From NCBI GenBank assembly GCA_965644295.1, contig CBFFRP010000235.1, forward strand, positions 1 through 64,000: 64,000 nt of DNA, written 5' to 3'. Under the pieces are notes generated by a model. That model was not told the origin of the DNA. It saw only the letters and a list, made by a program, of their open reading frames with translations, and did not search any database. Shown here in pieces: positions 50,180 to 62,897 of this stretch. Numbering within the stretch: the stretch's first letter is position 1; each line of letters begins with the position of its first letter. The position numbers were made by a program, and so were the translations under genes. The stretch comes from Paraphysomonas bandaiensis (taxonomy: Eukaryota > Protista > Chrysophyceae).

Positions 50180-53100
50180 CTATATGTTTTGCGAAATTGC
50201 TAATAGCTCATCCAATGCCACGGGCCTCCAACCACCCGCACTACCTTTACCAGCCCTACTCTGTTTCACGAAAACTACGTTCTGATCAATATAACAGGAC
50301 AGCTTATCTGCAAAGGTCCAAAGTGCCTTTCCATCTTCTGTCACAACACTGCCTGCAGAGTTCAACTTTGGACCAAAAGAAACTCCATTTCTAGCAGCGA
50401 ACTCCTCAACAACTTCCCTAAATGTAACATTACTACTAGCGGCATTAAAATTACTAGGGATGTTTTGTGTCCAATCTCCCCTCTTGAGCTGCTCCATTCG
50501 CTTTGCAGTGGCCGCATGAAGTTTTCTCCGTTCCATTACTTTAAAGTAATCACCAGCCTCAACGAGCTCCCTGGGTACTTGGAACGACGGGGCAGCACCC
50601 CCACTGTGGGACAGAGCAGCTGACATCATATCCAAAGCGGAACTAAAGTAATGAGTCACCAGTGGCTCAGCCGCGACGTCGTCAGGAAACTATATGAGTA
50701 CGGAGTACAAGTTCGAAGTTAGATATATTCAGGACGCAAAGGTAATAAGGCGACGTACCTGACCCTTCCAACTAGTGTACCAAGTCGACACCTCTCCAAA
50801 ATCAGGATCTGAACTGAGCCAAAATGCCAATACCTAGATAAAAGATTAAAGTCAGATGTGTTAGAGTGCACTAAATAGCAACGCTGGACACGGAGTAGTG
50901 CACACCGCAGTGCCGTTGGCGAGGTACCAGAACATGTCACACTTACATGAAACCATTTGGGGAAAAACTCCCCTTCGATAATTGCTAACAAGTGATCACG
51001 GGGTAATATGTCTTTCCATATCATTACCGACGCTGCGTACAGCACTCATTATTATTGCAATGACATCCACAACACAAATATATATGCATAATGTGAGTGG
51101 CAATTGGTCACCTATATGTTCGGTAGACTGGCCGCGTGGCTCAACACTCTGGGCTCTCATTGCATTAACTAATTTAGGAACCACACTACGAACTAACAAA
51201 GCGCTCATCGAGGTTTCATCGAACACACCTGCCCAACATTTGAAAAAGAGGCAGTTAGCGCACCAGTATCATGACATTGACGGACAGGTATGACGTTGAC
51301 AATGACGTATATACAATACTACGCAATCTACGATGCTAACGACATGCTGTGCATCACTGTACACTCTGCCAACTTGACATCGCTCACCTATCCATGGTGA
51401 CAACACCCAATAAGCAGAGTGATCTGTGGCTTCCCAGCCCCCAAGGGCCTTAGATATCTTCCTCCGAATCTCAGGGAAAACAGAACTAATGCTATGACCT
51501 AAAACTCGTACCCAGGGTACCACCCACTTATCAATAGGTGTTCTATCAGTGGTAGGGTTCCATGAAGAAACGGCAGCTGTTATCTTGGGCAGAATAGTCA
51601 TATCAACAACACCGCGGAAAGTGTCTGGAGAAAGGATTCCCTGTAATAAATATAAAGCGGGTTATTAAAACTTGCACATAAGTATACGGCACCTTCATCC
51701 CCTTCATCATAGCAGCACAGTTGACCGCAGCCTCCTCATCCGTAACCACCCATTGGTTCACAAGATACCTTCTCAGAGTTGGCAAGCAGAGCCCTTCCAT
51801 TATACTCTGAAGAGATGCGTAAGCAGGTTGTACAGTTGAGCTGCCTCCTAAATGGTGCTGTAGATCACTCTCATTCGAATCCGCAGCAAAAGAGTGCTCA
51901 GTCCCACCCGTGGCTTCGAATGCAGACAGAGATGTCATCCAATCAACATAAACACCAACTACTCTCATTGGCTCCACCATCGGGTCCCATTGGCTTACAT
52001 CCCTTTCGATAATCTGCTTTGCAAACGACGGAATAATATCCACAAGACCAAGTAACATACACTCCTCCGAATATAGCGATGTTAGCTTTAAAAAGCCCTG
52101 TACAACGTGCTCCCGGGTAATACTCCCTGCATCTGAATTAATGGTGTTCTCCATGCGGCCAAGAACGGTTTGGATCTTTTCGAGAGCCTCCATTTTCTCT
52201 GTATCGCGCTCTAGACGGCGTCCAAGAGAGCTACTATCGGCATCCAAAGAAGAAAGGCGTTCTTGAATAGATGCCAATTTCCGCTCATCACTATGCAGAT
52301 CCATCTAATCACGTAGTCAATAAAAGTAATCAAAAATTTGCTTCGCATCATACACTGACATATGCAACAACAAATAACTTGAGTATACATTACTGCCTAT
52401 ACTGGAGGCCACACAATGTCAAAGACACGGTATTTTATAAATATACAACTACATGTCTTGCAATGATACACAAAAATTTTCATATGTTGCGCACCTCTTC
52501 CATATCGACGACTAGATTGAGATTATACAACAGCTCTTGGCCAAGTAACGGTGTTTCATCTTCAACGTCTGCATGCGATATATCGGTGGTATCGGTAATA
52601 TACTTGGGCATAGGCCCCCTCATATCCAGAATCACCTTCAATAAAACCACATCACACGCAATACGCATACATATTTTAAGTATCACAAACCTGCTTGGTT
52701 TCTGCCTCATCCTGTGCAGTGAACACATCGTCAAAGCGCACACCCTTCTTTTTAGGTTTGGCTTTTACGCTCCCCACTCCGGACTGTGCACTTCCTTCCA
52801 GGTCCTTCTCTGTTACTCGAACCCCGCCTAATTTCCAAGCCTTCGACGCAGCGCGCGATTCAACAACTCCCTTGCTTTTGGACCCTTTACCTTTGCCTGA
52901 AGGAGGGATATATTCCTTTCCTCTAAGCTCTGCCTCCACTTTCTTGTTTGTCTGCACACCACCACAAGCCATTAATAATCGAACACTGACAACAGAGAAA
53001 TATTTTCTAAATATGCATAACAATGATAACTTGTTGTGCACTATTGTGCAGCAGTTACAGCATTGAAGTTACCTCTAGGCTTGACGACTCGGTAAAGTCC

Positions 53101-53705
53101 CCAAATCCAAGACCCATCTGATTGGGTCGAACTTTAACTTCAATGGAACTAGAAATACCACTCTCTTTAGCTCCCAGACGACCTTTAAATCCCATTTTCT
53201 CCATCATCTTCTTACCAAACCCTTTAGTGTGTTTTTCCCATGTACCCAAAGAGGAAAGGCTTTTACTAGGAGGAGGAGGCTTTACCTGTGCAGCAGCTGT
53301 TGCAGCAGCACTTTTTTGTTCCACCATATTTTTAAAATCATTATTACTTGCAGATTTTGTTGATGTTTTAATTAATTCAGAGAATTGTACTTTACTCTCA
53401 TCAATCTCATCATCCGCCCTAGTAACCGAGTCCTTCTTATTCAATCCAGATGCTGATGCTGATGATGATATAAAATCTACAGGTTGTTTACTAAAATTCC
53501 ATTCATTTTTTTGTTTTTTCTTTCTATTAAATTGATTTTCATCATCAGAGTCATTAAATATACCATATATACGATCATTTCGACTCATTGTTTTATGTTT
53601 ACGTTGAGATTTATAATAAAATTCATCACCAATCCATTGACCATCTTCATAATCATTTTCGGATGTAAACATCATTCTTTCTTCATTATCACTATCAGAA
53701 GACAT
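50180..53705 (-). CDS. TFIP11: Tuftelin-interacting protein 11 / Spp382-Ntr1 spliceosome disassembly factor, multi-exon
   Basis: TIP_N (DYEDGQWIGDEFYY, IYGIF), G-patch WEKHTKGFGKKMMEKMGF..GLGFG, DMRGP, ELLYNL, GCFC region, FREVVEEFA. Confidence 0.93.
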
Positions 53706-55518
53706 TATTACTATCTTATTTAAGTGAGATCTTATTAATTGGGGTCTTAATAGTGGTAATATATGTATATATACACATGCTTAATGAAGAGTGTCTGTGC
53801 GTGTTTATAACATACGGTAGCTAAAAAGAAGGGTTTATTGTCTATAAAAAATATGGTAAACGTAAAAATGGAGGGTTTTGTAGCAATTTAAAGTAAAACC
53901 CGTGATATGTCAATACATATATTCTACGAAACATTACATTTCGAGCACACAATTATGTGTTTTTCTAGTTTTCTTTTTTAAAATAGGGCTTTTAAACATC
54001 CATACATAAACACATAAATCTGGAAAAAATAGCAACATAAATCTAGAAATGCTGAAATTTATGCAGATTTTTCTGTTTTCTTCAAACTAACTGGCATAAT
54101 ATGCATAAAACTCACTGTGTGTAGATGTGTAGAAAGCCGCTCTATATAACAACATACGATAGCTAGAGGTGTATGCATATATAATACTCAACTTTACTAT
54201 GCATTGTGTCAATTGTATCTCCTTGTTTGATACTATAAACAAGTGTTGCATGCAGCAGATGATCAGCTAATCCTATCGACCATATAGCCTACACAACTAT
54301 GATAATCTCAACCTGTTGTTGTGTTCTATGAATTGCAATATGCAACTTAAGCTTGCAGTTTACTATTCGGGATCGTTATTTCAACGACATTGAGGGTAAT
54401 ACAGACAATGCTAATTCAAGTGTGGAGCAATCTTCTTAATCAGTGTCTTAACTATCCTCAATGCCGTATGTCCAAGATTGCAAGCATGAATTTAGCTCCA
54501 TATTTGCATAAGGTCTTACTGAGATAACATTCTAAGGTCATTTCATTGACTGTACTTAGAAGTACGTATACAAGGCTTCAACTACAGAAGCATGAGTGTC
54601 TGTGGTAGTAATCCATGGCAGTAGCACTACTTCTTCATCAACACACTTGTCTCCCGCAATGGACTGCCCCCAAAGATTACATTCATAGAACTCCTTGGTA
54701 TGATCGGAACCCATGCTTGCAGTTGAACCTATTCCCAATCATCACTTAGAAGTGGTGCCTCTCCAGGCAATACTGCAACCAGTAAGACACATCGAGCTCG
54801 AACTGTACAATAAATTGATTGCGCTCTTCAATTTACCAAAAAGCATATATATATGTATATATATATACTGCTCCATATATATATACGATATATACACACT
54901 ATATTATACAGTACAGTATACTATCTACTACAACTACACGCAGTGTACATGTTTTGCAGGACTTACAATACTGTTGAAAGCCATTACACCCAGAGGTTTA
55001 AAGAGCCGCTATACCGCTTCCATTATATGTGTGGTTCTTGTATCTGTACACTCTAGATAGGTGGGAAACTCAGTTACATCTACTATATTATCTCATCATT
55101 ATCATTGTTAATTATAACTCCTTCCCTGTGCGCTGCTCTCCAGTATTTGCTGGTGGACATTTTATATAACTGGGCAGCATAAAACGCTGAACTAGAACAA
55201 AGATCGTCAATAGGATCCGTATCTCCTTGATCCTCCTGTTCACGCGTTAACATTCGAACTTCTCCTTTATCTGATACCACGGGGCACTTTCGTTTGGAAT
55301 CTTTTGCTGATGTCAAGGCGAAGGTTTGGTTGGCATTTCCCTAATTCCAAACTTTGCATTCAAGAGCTCATTATCATGGAAAGCCTACAGGTGGTCTTGT
55401 CTTTACAGCTGCCATTTCTTTGAAACACAGACTCTTCTTATTAGTATAAGTTTGAAACACTTGCTGGTGGGGGTTGTGAAACTAACTATGCGATAGAAGA
55501 GGTTGAAACTAACTATAT

Positions 55519-55701
55519 TGAATGTCTTTTTATTTAGCAATAGGCGTTAAAAACTCGTTCCGATATAGCGGCTAGTTGAATACTAGTCTACTAGTTAGAC
55601 CTCTACCCATAACTAATCAGCACAAATTCTATTATCCTACTATTTAACGCTACAGAAGCTGCTTGTGCGTCGCCGCAAGCACCAAGGTGCAACCACTTCC
55701 G
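55519..55701 (-). mobile_element. 5'-truncated copy of the retroelement with a 14-bp target-site duplication
   Basis: Matches the 3' 180 nt of the family; GAAACTAACTATAT at 55505-55518 and 55702-55715. Confidence 0.85.
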
Positions 55702-56564
55702 GAAACTAACTATATACTATGACAAAATTACAAAAGCCTCTACACGTACGCCATGGGAGAAGCCTATTCAAGGGGTGGCTCCAGAAGATGAGTTGATGTC
55801 AGAGCCTTGTTCTTTTGGTGGGCTTTTACACTTTATGGAGATGTGAATGGAGGAAGCTCAGGAAGAGTACCTGAACAAACTGGAGGAACGTAATCATCAT
55901 GAAGCATATTTTGCGAAGCAGACAAAGGTTTTATAGTTGTTGAGGACACTGGGAATGCAAGTGTTTGTACCTAGGGAGTGGACAGGAATCAAAATGACTC
56001 CGTTTATCCAGATTGCAATCTCAGATGAGGGGGTAGAGTTGTTTCAGGTCATTGCGTTGATATCAAAGATGTTTACTCCACTACAGTGAAGTGGTCCATC
56101 ATTGACAAGGAGTGCTTTTCAGCGTTTTACAGCATCTATAAATTGTTATATATATTATGTGCGCGGTAAACACTTCACATTACTCACTGATCATGCTAAC
56201 CTGAAGTCGATGGAGCAGTTCGAAGTGGATCATATTGTACGCATGCGTCTATATAAGCAGAATTTTCAGTTTGATTTGTTACACTTCAAAGGTAAACTGA
56301 TTAAATTTGCTGATTAAAGCAAACTTTTTTCAAACTTCGGAAAAAATTTTAAATTTGGGACTTTTTAAAAATTCATCATGAAAACCTCATGTTTATTGTT
56401 GATATAATTTAGACAGAGGTAATGAAGAATATTAATGTTGTGTAATGATGACGATTCCAAGAAACCTTTTTACATTATCAAGGCTAAGTCATATATGGTA
56501 TAATAATATCATAATAATATTACTATAAAATACAACATGTATTATTATATATGAATACTCTTCT

Positions 56565-57086
56565 CTAGTAACTATAACTTTCAATTCTTTTCCTGTTACG
56601 TTTTCCAATGAGTACAGGCGCAGCTTTAACCGCTCCTGTGTCTACCCAATCGGTATTTGGAACAACTTCGATATCCCAACTACCTGATGTATTCGTTTTC
56701 TTCTTTCCGGAGGGTTTTATCGCAGGTTTCAACTCTTTCTGTCTTATACCTCTGATAATTTCACCATCTATGAATTCTATATCATACTTTCCATCTTTAT
56801 ACCCAATAACACTACCATTGAAATTATACATATTTCTAATTTTTTCACAAACGGCATCTAGTTGAAAATCATCACTACAACTATCACTGGAATCAGATTC
56901 ATATCTTTCTGAAGCCTGAGTTTTATCGACAACAACGCTATCCCTTGAGCTGCTGTAATTATCAAAACAATCTTCTTCATCACTGATATCTGAAAGCTCA
57001 ATAGTCTTGCGTCGCTTATTCTCCTTCTTCCTTCTTCCCTTATTTTGAATCCTCCTTCCCTTATTTTTTCGCCGACTTATCATCAT
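56565..57086 (-). CDS. Element-borne ORF: basic NLS-like tract, acidic/Ser tract, Tudor-like domain
   Basis: FNGSVIGYKDGKYDIEFIDGEIIRGI resembles a Tudor/SH3-like barrel; 173 aa, no stops. Confidence 0.45.
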   Translation of the reverse strand: MMISRRKNKGRRIQNKGRRKKENKRRKTIELSDISDEEDCFDNYSSSRDSVVVDKTQASERYESDSSDSCSDDFQLDAVCEKIRNMYNFNGSVIGYKDGKYDIEFIDGEIIRGIRQKELKPAIKPSGKKKTNTSGSWDIEVVPNTDWVDTGAVKAAPVLIGKRNRKRIESYSY

Positions 57087-57103
57087 AATACTCGCGGTTT
57101 CAA

Positions 57104-57780
57104 ATAAAATCGTGACTTGTCAGGGGGGTTATCAGGATAAAATTCTCCTCCTCGCTTGTTCTTCCAGTATATACGATGTCCTCCATTTCTTATAGAAACT
57201 ACTTGACCCTGGCGAGTGAATGGTGAAGACATGTCGTTCGGAATACTCCTTCCGAGAACAAATTTTAATTTTCCAACCTCATCAGGAGAGAGTTTTTTTC
57301 TTCTCTTCCACTTTCTGAAAATATTTACTTGTGCAGGTAGTGCACTTCTCTCCACTACATCACCGTTAATAGTGCACCTCGCAACCCTAGCAAAGTTCTC
57401 ACTGTGGTAATCATCCCGTTTAAAACCCCAGCGTGACCATTTGACACAGTCCGTTGTCCTCATCCTCGAGTGATTACCACAGTGAGAACTTTGCTAGGGT
57501 TGCGAGGTGCACTATTAACGGTGATGTAGTGGAGAGAAGTGCACTACCTGCACAAGTAAATATTTTCAGAAAGTGGAAGAGAAGAAAAAAACTCTCTCCT
57601 GATGAGGTTGGAAAATTAAAATTTGTTCTCGGAAGGAGTATTCCGAACGACATGTCTTCACCATTCACTCGCCAGGGTCAAGTAGTTTCTATAAGAAATG
57701 GAGGACATCGTATATACTGGAAGAACAAGCGAGGGAGAGAATTTTATCCTGATAACCCCCCTGACAAGTCACGATTTTAT
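57104..57780. repeat. 310-bp near-perfect inverted repeat (arms 57104-57413 and 57471-57780, 57-bp spacer)
   Basis: Arms are reverse complements; the mirrored ORFs 57083-57463(-) and 57454-57786(+) differ by one residue (G/R) over the shared part. Confidence 0.95.
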
Positions 57781-57782
57781 CG

Positions 57783-58106
57783 TTGACGGAAATGGTGAGG
57801 CATCAACAGGAACAAATTGATGCCCTCATTGCCAAAGAACGAGTTCGCCCTGCCGCTACTTCTAAGCCGAACTGCTCGCGAAAGAGGAGCATTCATGATG
57901 ATGAAGATTCAATAACTTCCGAAGCCGACGAGGAGGACTACAGAAGTAAGAAGAATAAATCAAGACGACGAAAGAGGAGAACGAAGGGATTGAAGAAAAT
58001 TGTTGATGAAGGTACTCTTGTTATGCTTGCTCATCAAAATTCAGTAATTGATGATAACTGCAAAATGAAGAAAGAAATTAACCGTTTGCGTTTCTTGCAA
58101 TCGTAA
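57783..58106 (+). CDS. Element-borne small basic/coiled-coil ORF
   Basis: 107 aa with KKNKSRRRKRR and heptad-like ends; no recognisable family. Confidence 0.3.
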   Translation: MTEMVRHQQEQIDALIAKERVRPAATSKPNCSRKRSIHDDEDSITSEADEEDYRSKKNKSRRRKRRTKGLKKIVDEGTLVMLAHQNSVIDDNCKMKKEINRLRFLQS

Positions 58107-58909
58107 GTTTAATGAGTATTGTCTATTGTATTTTGCATGCAGCATTAACAATAAAGTAATAAACTTGTTAAGAACCTAAAAACAGCTTGATAATATTACC
58201 TTACTTTTATCAACATTCAAGCTGCTGTATATCCTTTTTTCATCTTAAAATATGTATATATTCAACTAGAAATCATTAATGAAAATATTTGGGAAAAAAA
58301 TTTTCTTAAGTTTGAAAATAGTTTGCTTATTGGCTGTCACGCCAAGGTGCTGCTGATGATACAGTCGCCCTAGTTTCAGTATTGAATTAATGTATCAATT
58401 GTTCAGAGGAGAGTGTAAAATGCCTGAACTGAATTGTATATATGAGAATGGGTGCTTATTGTCAGTTGATGAAATATTCAACATAATAGTGAGCACAACA
58501 GAACCAGATGTCATGAATGTTGTGTATGTCTGTGTAGCTGGATTGATTCAGAGGAATTGATTCAGGAGAGCCCAAATCGTCGTTCAGCAAAAGGAAGCCT
58601 ACGACACGGCACATAATGTTACAATGTCATGATGTATTCATGTTGTGATGCGTTTTGAAGTCGTGCTGTACATACATGTCATAGCTCAAACCATTCTTTT
58701 ATAGACAGGTTATCCAACCTCCTGTTGAAAAGAGCAGACAACAGTATATAATATATATTATATATATAGTGATATCATAGCCCACACTTATCATAGACCT
58801 CGAGGTCAATGAATAATTTCAGCGGGGTGTTGTGAGGATCACCCATAATGTTTTGTAGCACCCTGATAATGTAACAGGCAGTGACTCTGAAGAAGATTTT
58901 AAAAGAGGC

Positions 58910-59318
58910 ATGGCATCGTATCTTGGGACAACGCACTTGGTCCGGAGTAGGCAGCCATCATAGAACCTCTGACCTCTACGATCACTCATAAATGTTTTGT
59001 GGACAAAACATTGCTCACACCCTGCTAACTAAACAGACAGTGACTCTGATGAAGATTTGAAAAGTGTAACGAATGTCGATAGATAATCTACGGTGACCAC
59101 GTCACCAATTCCGTCTGCTGCTGTAGCATCATTAGCAACTACATCAGAGGGGAAAACCATGTCACACACTAGAGGCAAGGAAGAAGTGCGTGGAGTTTTC
59201 GGTGAAGATTCTCAGGTTGTGAGCAATACAAAACATTTATGAGTGATCGTAGAGGTCAGAGATTCTATGTTGGCTGCATACTCCGGACCAAGTGCGTTGT
59301 CCCAAGATACGATACCAT
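58910..59318. repeat. 91-bp inverted repeat (58910-59000 / 59228-59318) with a few mismatches
   Basis: ATGGCATCGTATCTTGGGACAACGCAC...ATAAATGTTTTGT is reverse-complemented 227 bp downstream. Confidence 0.9.
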
Positions 59319-61297
59319 GATACTACCGTTAGCAGATGATGCGTCCTCCGAGGCTAGATTTTCACCATTCGGGCTTGTCTTCGGCTCCACGGATGCAGTA
59401 GGTCAGGACCTTTTCAGACGTTGTGAGGGTGAACAACCCCACATGCTGTTGAAGCAGCTCAATAAAAATCTTACAGTGAGCTCCGAGAGGCTTTCAAGAA
59501 ATTTCAAGATCAGTTGGTTGAATAGAGAGCAAGTCAAGGCTATTGCTAGAGGAAACTTTTCCTCGTTCATCTATTCATGGACACAGATTAATCGTATGAT
59601 CCGGCTTAAACACGCAACTCGTCGTATGCCCATGTAGCTGTCTTAATCGTGTTGTATAGTTGAGCACTTGTCGGTGCATGCAATATAGTAACTAGATGAG
59701 AGTCATGATGTTTTGCTTAGTGTTGCGCGAGTTGTTAGGTTGGTCGCGGCAACTCACATGCTTGCGTTTCTTAATAATCAGACATTCAATTTGGTCTGTG
59801 CGTGGGGTCCTCAATGATGGGAATTCGATGAATCGAGCATGATTCTAGTAAATGATACAATCATCACCTCAAAACCTAGCTTGATTTATTCAAATATGCT
59901 TGCTCTACTATCCTACACTTCTCTCCACAGTATTGGCTAGTACTTGAAGTATTAGGCACTACTTACTTTTACAGGGTCAATACATAATCCCCATCCTTCA
60001 TTTTCCCTAGACTTTCAGCTTACATTTTTTCTTGGGAGGTCCGAATATGGCTCTAGCCCCAGGTACAAGATAATGGTTTGAGCTCGCTCGTTCCTGATGG
60101 GATTTATAGGTCTCTACTAACCATTCGTTGACACTCGAAAATACTGTCTTCTTGCAACCTAAACTCATTACAATTGACCAAATGCACGCCAACTCTAGGA
60201 GCATGAGTGCTGGGATGACGTAAGTCTATTAGGCTGCATATCCCAATCCTCTTTACGTCCTGACATTGCCCTTATTGGCATTATGTACACAGAGCGCTGG
60301 GATGCTGCTCTGGCCTCGTGATATAGGAGCAATGACCTCCAGAAACACGAGATACTGGTCTAAAGATTCATCTCAGAATATTATGTTGGAACAGAAGGAT
60401 ATATAGTAGGACAACCATCTTTATATATATGTATGTCCTGTAATATATTATACTGTAGTACAGCATATATACGCATTATAGCCTAGAATATAATGTGTAG
60501 GGAAAATGTGATCGACGTGTCTTTGATCTTAAGTTGTGTACCTCCAATATTCTCCAAGTTCGCCAATGACAATGGTGATGATGGGTCATTATTGGACGAG
60601 CTGCATGAGAATATTATCGATACCGTGAAGATTAAGAAACAAAAACCCTGACTGACGTATCAAAGCTGAGAATTAAATAGAGACCAATGATCCAGGTACA
60701 ACTGTTTTCAACAAGGCGTATATGGTACATATCATACGTGTAAATATTATAAAACGACACGTTGAGATATGTGCTCGCGCAACTGCACTAAACACAACCA
60801 CCAGGGTCCTGAGATGACAATACAGAACGTACGGGCACTCTCAGAAGAGTTATTTTCTAGGGACACGTCCAATTTAATTTCACATCGCTGCGTATTGATA
60901 TTTCAATGGCTATTTTGAGAAGAATATCGAGATAATGTCAGCAATGCGATAGGCCAACATTGGACATCAACTGTCTTCACATGTTCAATACTTGAAAGTT
61001 AATCTCAATAGGTGTGTGTAGTTATGGTAATATGATGAAATTTCGATGTCATTCTCTCCTCTAAAATGTCACGCCCAACATGAATTCTGAACGACCAGAA
61101 CCTACTACACCTGCTTCTGAACATCCACAAAACAGGTATACAACAATGTATCCATAGAATGACTACAATTTATATTGTGTACGTAGCCTCACTGACTGGT
61201 TCCTCGAAAAGGGGGACTTTGGTCCATTCAGACTCTCTTTACATTAATATCAATATGTCCACCCAATTAATATTTCACAACCTTATGCCAAAAATCA

Positions 61298-62210
61298 GAT
61301 AATCTGAACATTGAAGCTTGATGATAGCAACAATTAAGTGAATACTCTACGATGTTGATATGGGTTAGTACACTGTATAGTACTGTAGTGATGTATTGCA
61401 TACAGCAGAAGTGGAATCACTACATTTTAAGTCACTGATACGTCGATACCAGAAGGAAGAAGAAAGCAAAGCAATGTCTCAAAACGTCTATGCACGAAGA
61501 CAAAGACATAGAGGTGGAATGATAAAACTATCCTCTGAACGGATAAGAGACGATGAAGTTCCATCAGTGTCGCCACTGTACCACTCTGAGTCTGGCGAAC
61601 ATAAATTTTCAATTCCAAATGATACTTTGATTGAGTTTTAGGTCATATTGTGGACGAAGATAATACTCTTCAACTGCAGTTAGCAATGATAATATCTCAA
61701 CTGAAGGTCGTGAATCTACACGACGAAGGTATAAAGCCGTCTCAACAATTGAAGGCTATAAAAATATCGAGGTACTATTAAGCCACTCTACTAGAAAGCT
61801 AAGTATCAATTCCTTGTTCATTGTGGAATACAAATGAACTATTGCTGATGAAAACACTGAGGGTCATCGGCGTATCTACGAAGGCAAGCAACATGTTTCA
61901 ATAAAGGCGTTTCGAAGTATTGCTATATGACTCAGCTCAATATCTTATTCACTGGCTTTTCATGATCATTTGTTGGAAGTTTAGTAAGTAGAGATCTCTC
62001 AGTTGCAGGATATACATACATTATCATGATATCGAGTGATGTTACATGAAGGAAATGAGAAGAGTGAGACTCCATACATTAAACACGTGTGTGTGTTAAT
62101 TCATTGAATCTAGTTGATATGTTAGAGTTTGAATCTTCATCTCAAGAGAATCTGAACATGGAAGCTTGATGATAATAAGAATTAAATGAATACTCTACTC
62201 TGTTGAGATG
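61298..62210 (+). repeat. ~60-bp diverged direct repeat (61298-61362, 62146-62210)
   Basis: AATCTGAACAT(T/G)GAAGCTTGATGATA..AATTAA(G/A)TGAATACTCTAC in both copies. Confidence 0.75.
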
Positions 62211-62258
62211 ATTTAGAGATGCGTGGAATCTCATAGTTATGTATGGGACAACAGGAGG

Positions 62259-62406
62259 AGGGGTGGTTGTGCACGTCCATTTTATAGATTTATTTCATTG
62301 AAAAGTCATCATTTTTTCATTAAAAAGTCACTTTTTTTCACTTTTCACAGAAAAAACGATGATTTTTCAATGAAATAATTGATAAAATCGATATCCACAA
62401 CCACCC
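62259..62406. mobile_element. Second, more diverged copy of the palindromic MITE (opposite orientation to 17170)
   Basis: GGGGTGGTTGTGCA...CACAACCACCC; the core is the reverse complement of the 17.2 kb core. Confidence 0.8.
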
Positions 62407-62897
62407 ACAGATACTGACACATGTAAACATCCATTATACAGATATTCCCTATACATATCACAAAATCCTTCATTTTTATATCATCGAAATGGAAAACACA
62501 TCTTAAAACTCCCGAGTTTTATATAAACCAATGAATTCCTTGATATCCTTCAGCAAAAATCATGAATTTTAATACATTCCATATTTTTTGAGATGACGAG
62601 TGGTCATCGTTCCACTCTGTACGTATGTATGTATGTATGTATGGCTGTATATATACACATATATATATACACACAGGAGTGTATAGTTAGAACACTCTCT
62701 CTAGATAACAGCACAGTGATTAGCCATATATACAAGTGTTCATTATTTCATTATTGTTGATCAATATTCACATACTTTCATTACATTAACAGTATCTTAT
62801 CATCATAAGAGCTGCTCATATATAACATTCACATACACTCTCATCACATATACATACATACATACACATCATCTTATAAGTATTCATCAGTATATAT

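Larger units (their letters stand above)
56316..58328. mobile_element. 2-kb TIR DNA element with internal palindrome, no recognisable transposase
   Basis: Imperfect ~30-bp TIRs AAGCAAACT(T/A)TTTTCAAACTT; 3-bp ATT duplicated (56313-56315, 58329-58331); removing the element restores Gypsy FADWLSR. Confidence 0.85.
55720..58345 (+). pseudogene. Ty3/Gypsy pol remnant (RNase H) interrupted by a TIR element
   Basis: YVRGKHFTLLTDHANLK...FDLLHFKGKLIKFAD stops at 56315 and resumes as WLSR after 58329. Confidence 0.75.

Noticed and set aside
50833-52494. Hairpins in longer TFIP11 introns as further snoRNAs
   Set aside because: No properly placed H/ACA or C/D box pairs were found.
54200-55450. Coding-like fragments between TFIP11 and the Gypsy relic
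   Set aside because: Short ORFs without recognisable motifs; probably decayed mobile DNA, but cannot be assigned.
59040-59080. Hammerhead-like CTGATGA...GAAA
   Set aside because: No credible stem II, stem III or NUH cleavage triplet; the paralogous repeat lacks the motif.
59950-62200. Decayed coding-like tract bounded in part by a 60-bp direct repeat, considered as an LTR element
   Set aside because: The repeats are too short, and no PBS, PPT or pol motifs were recognised.
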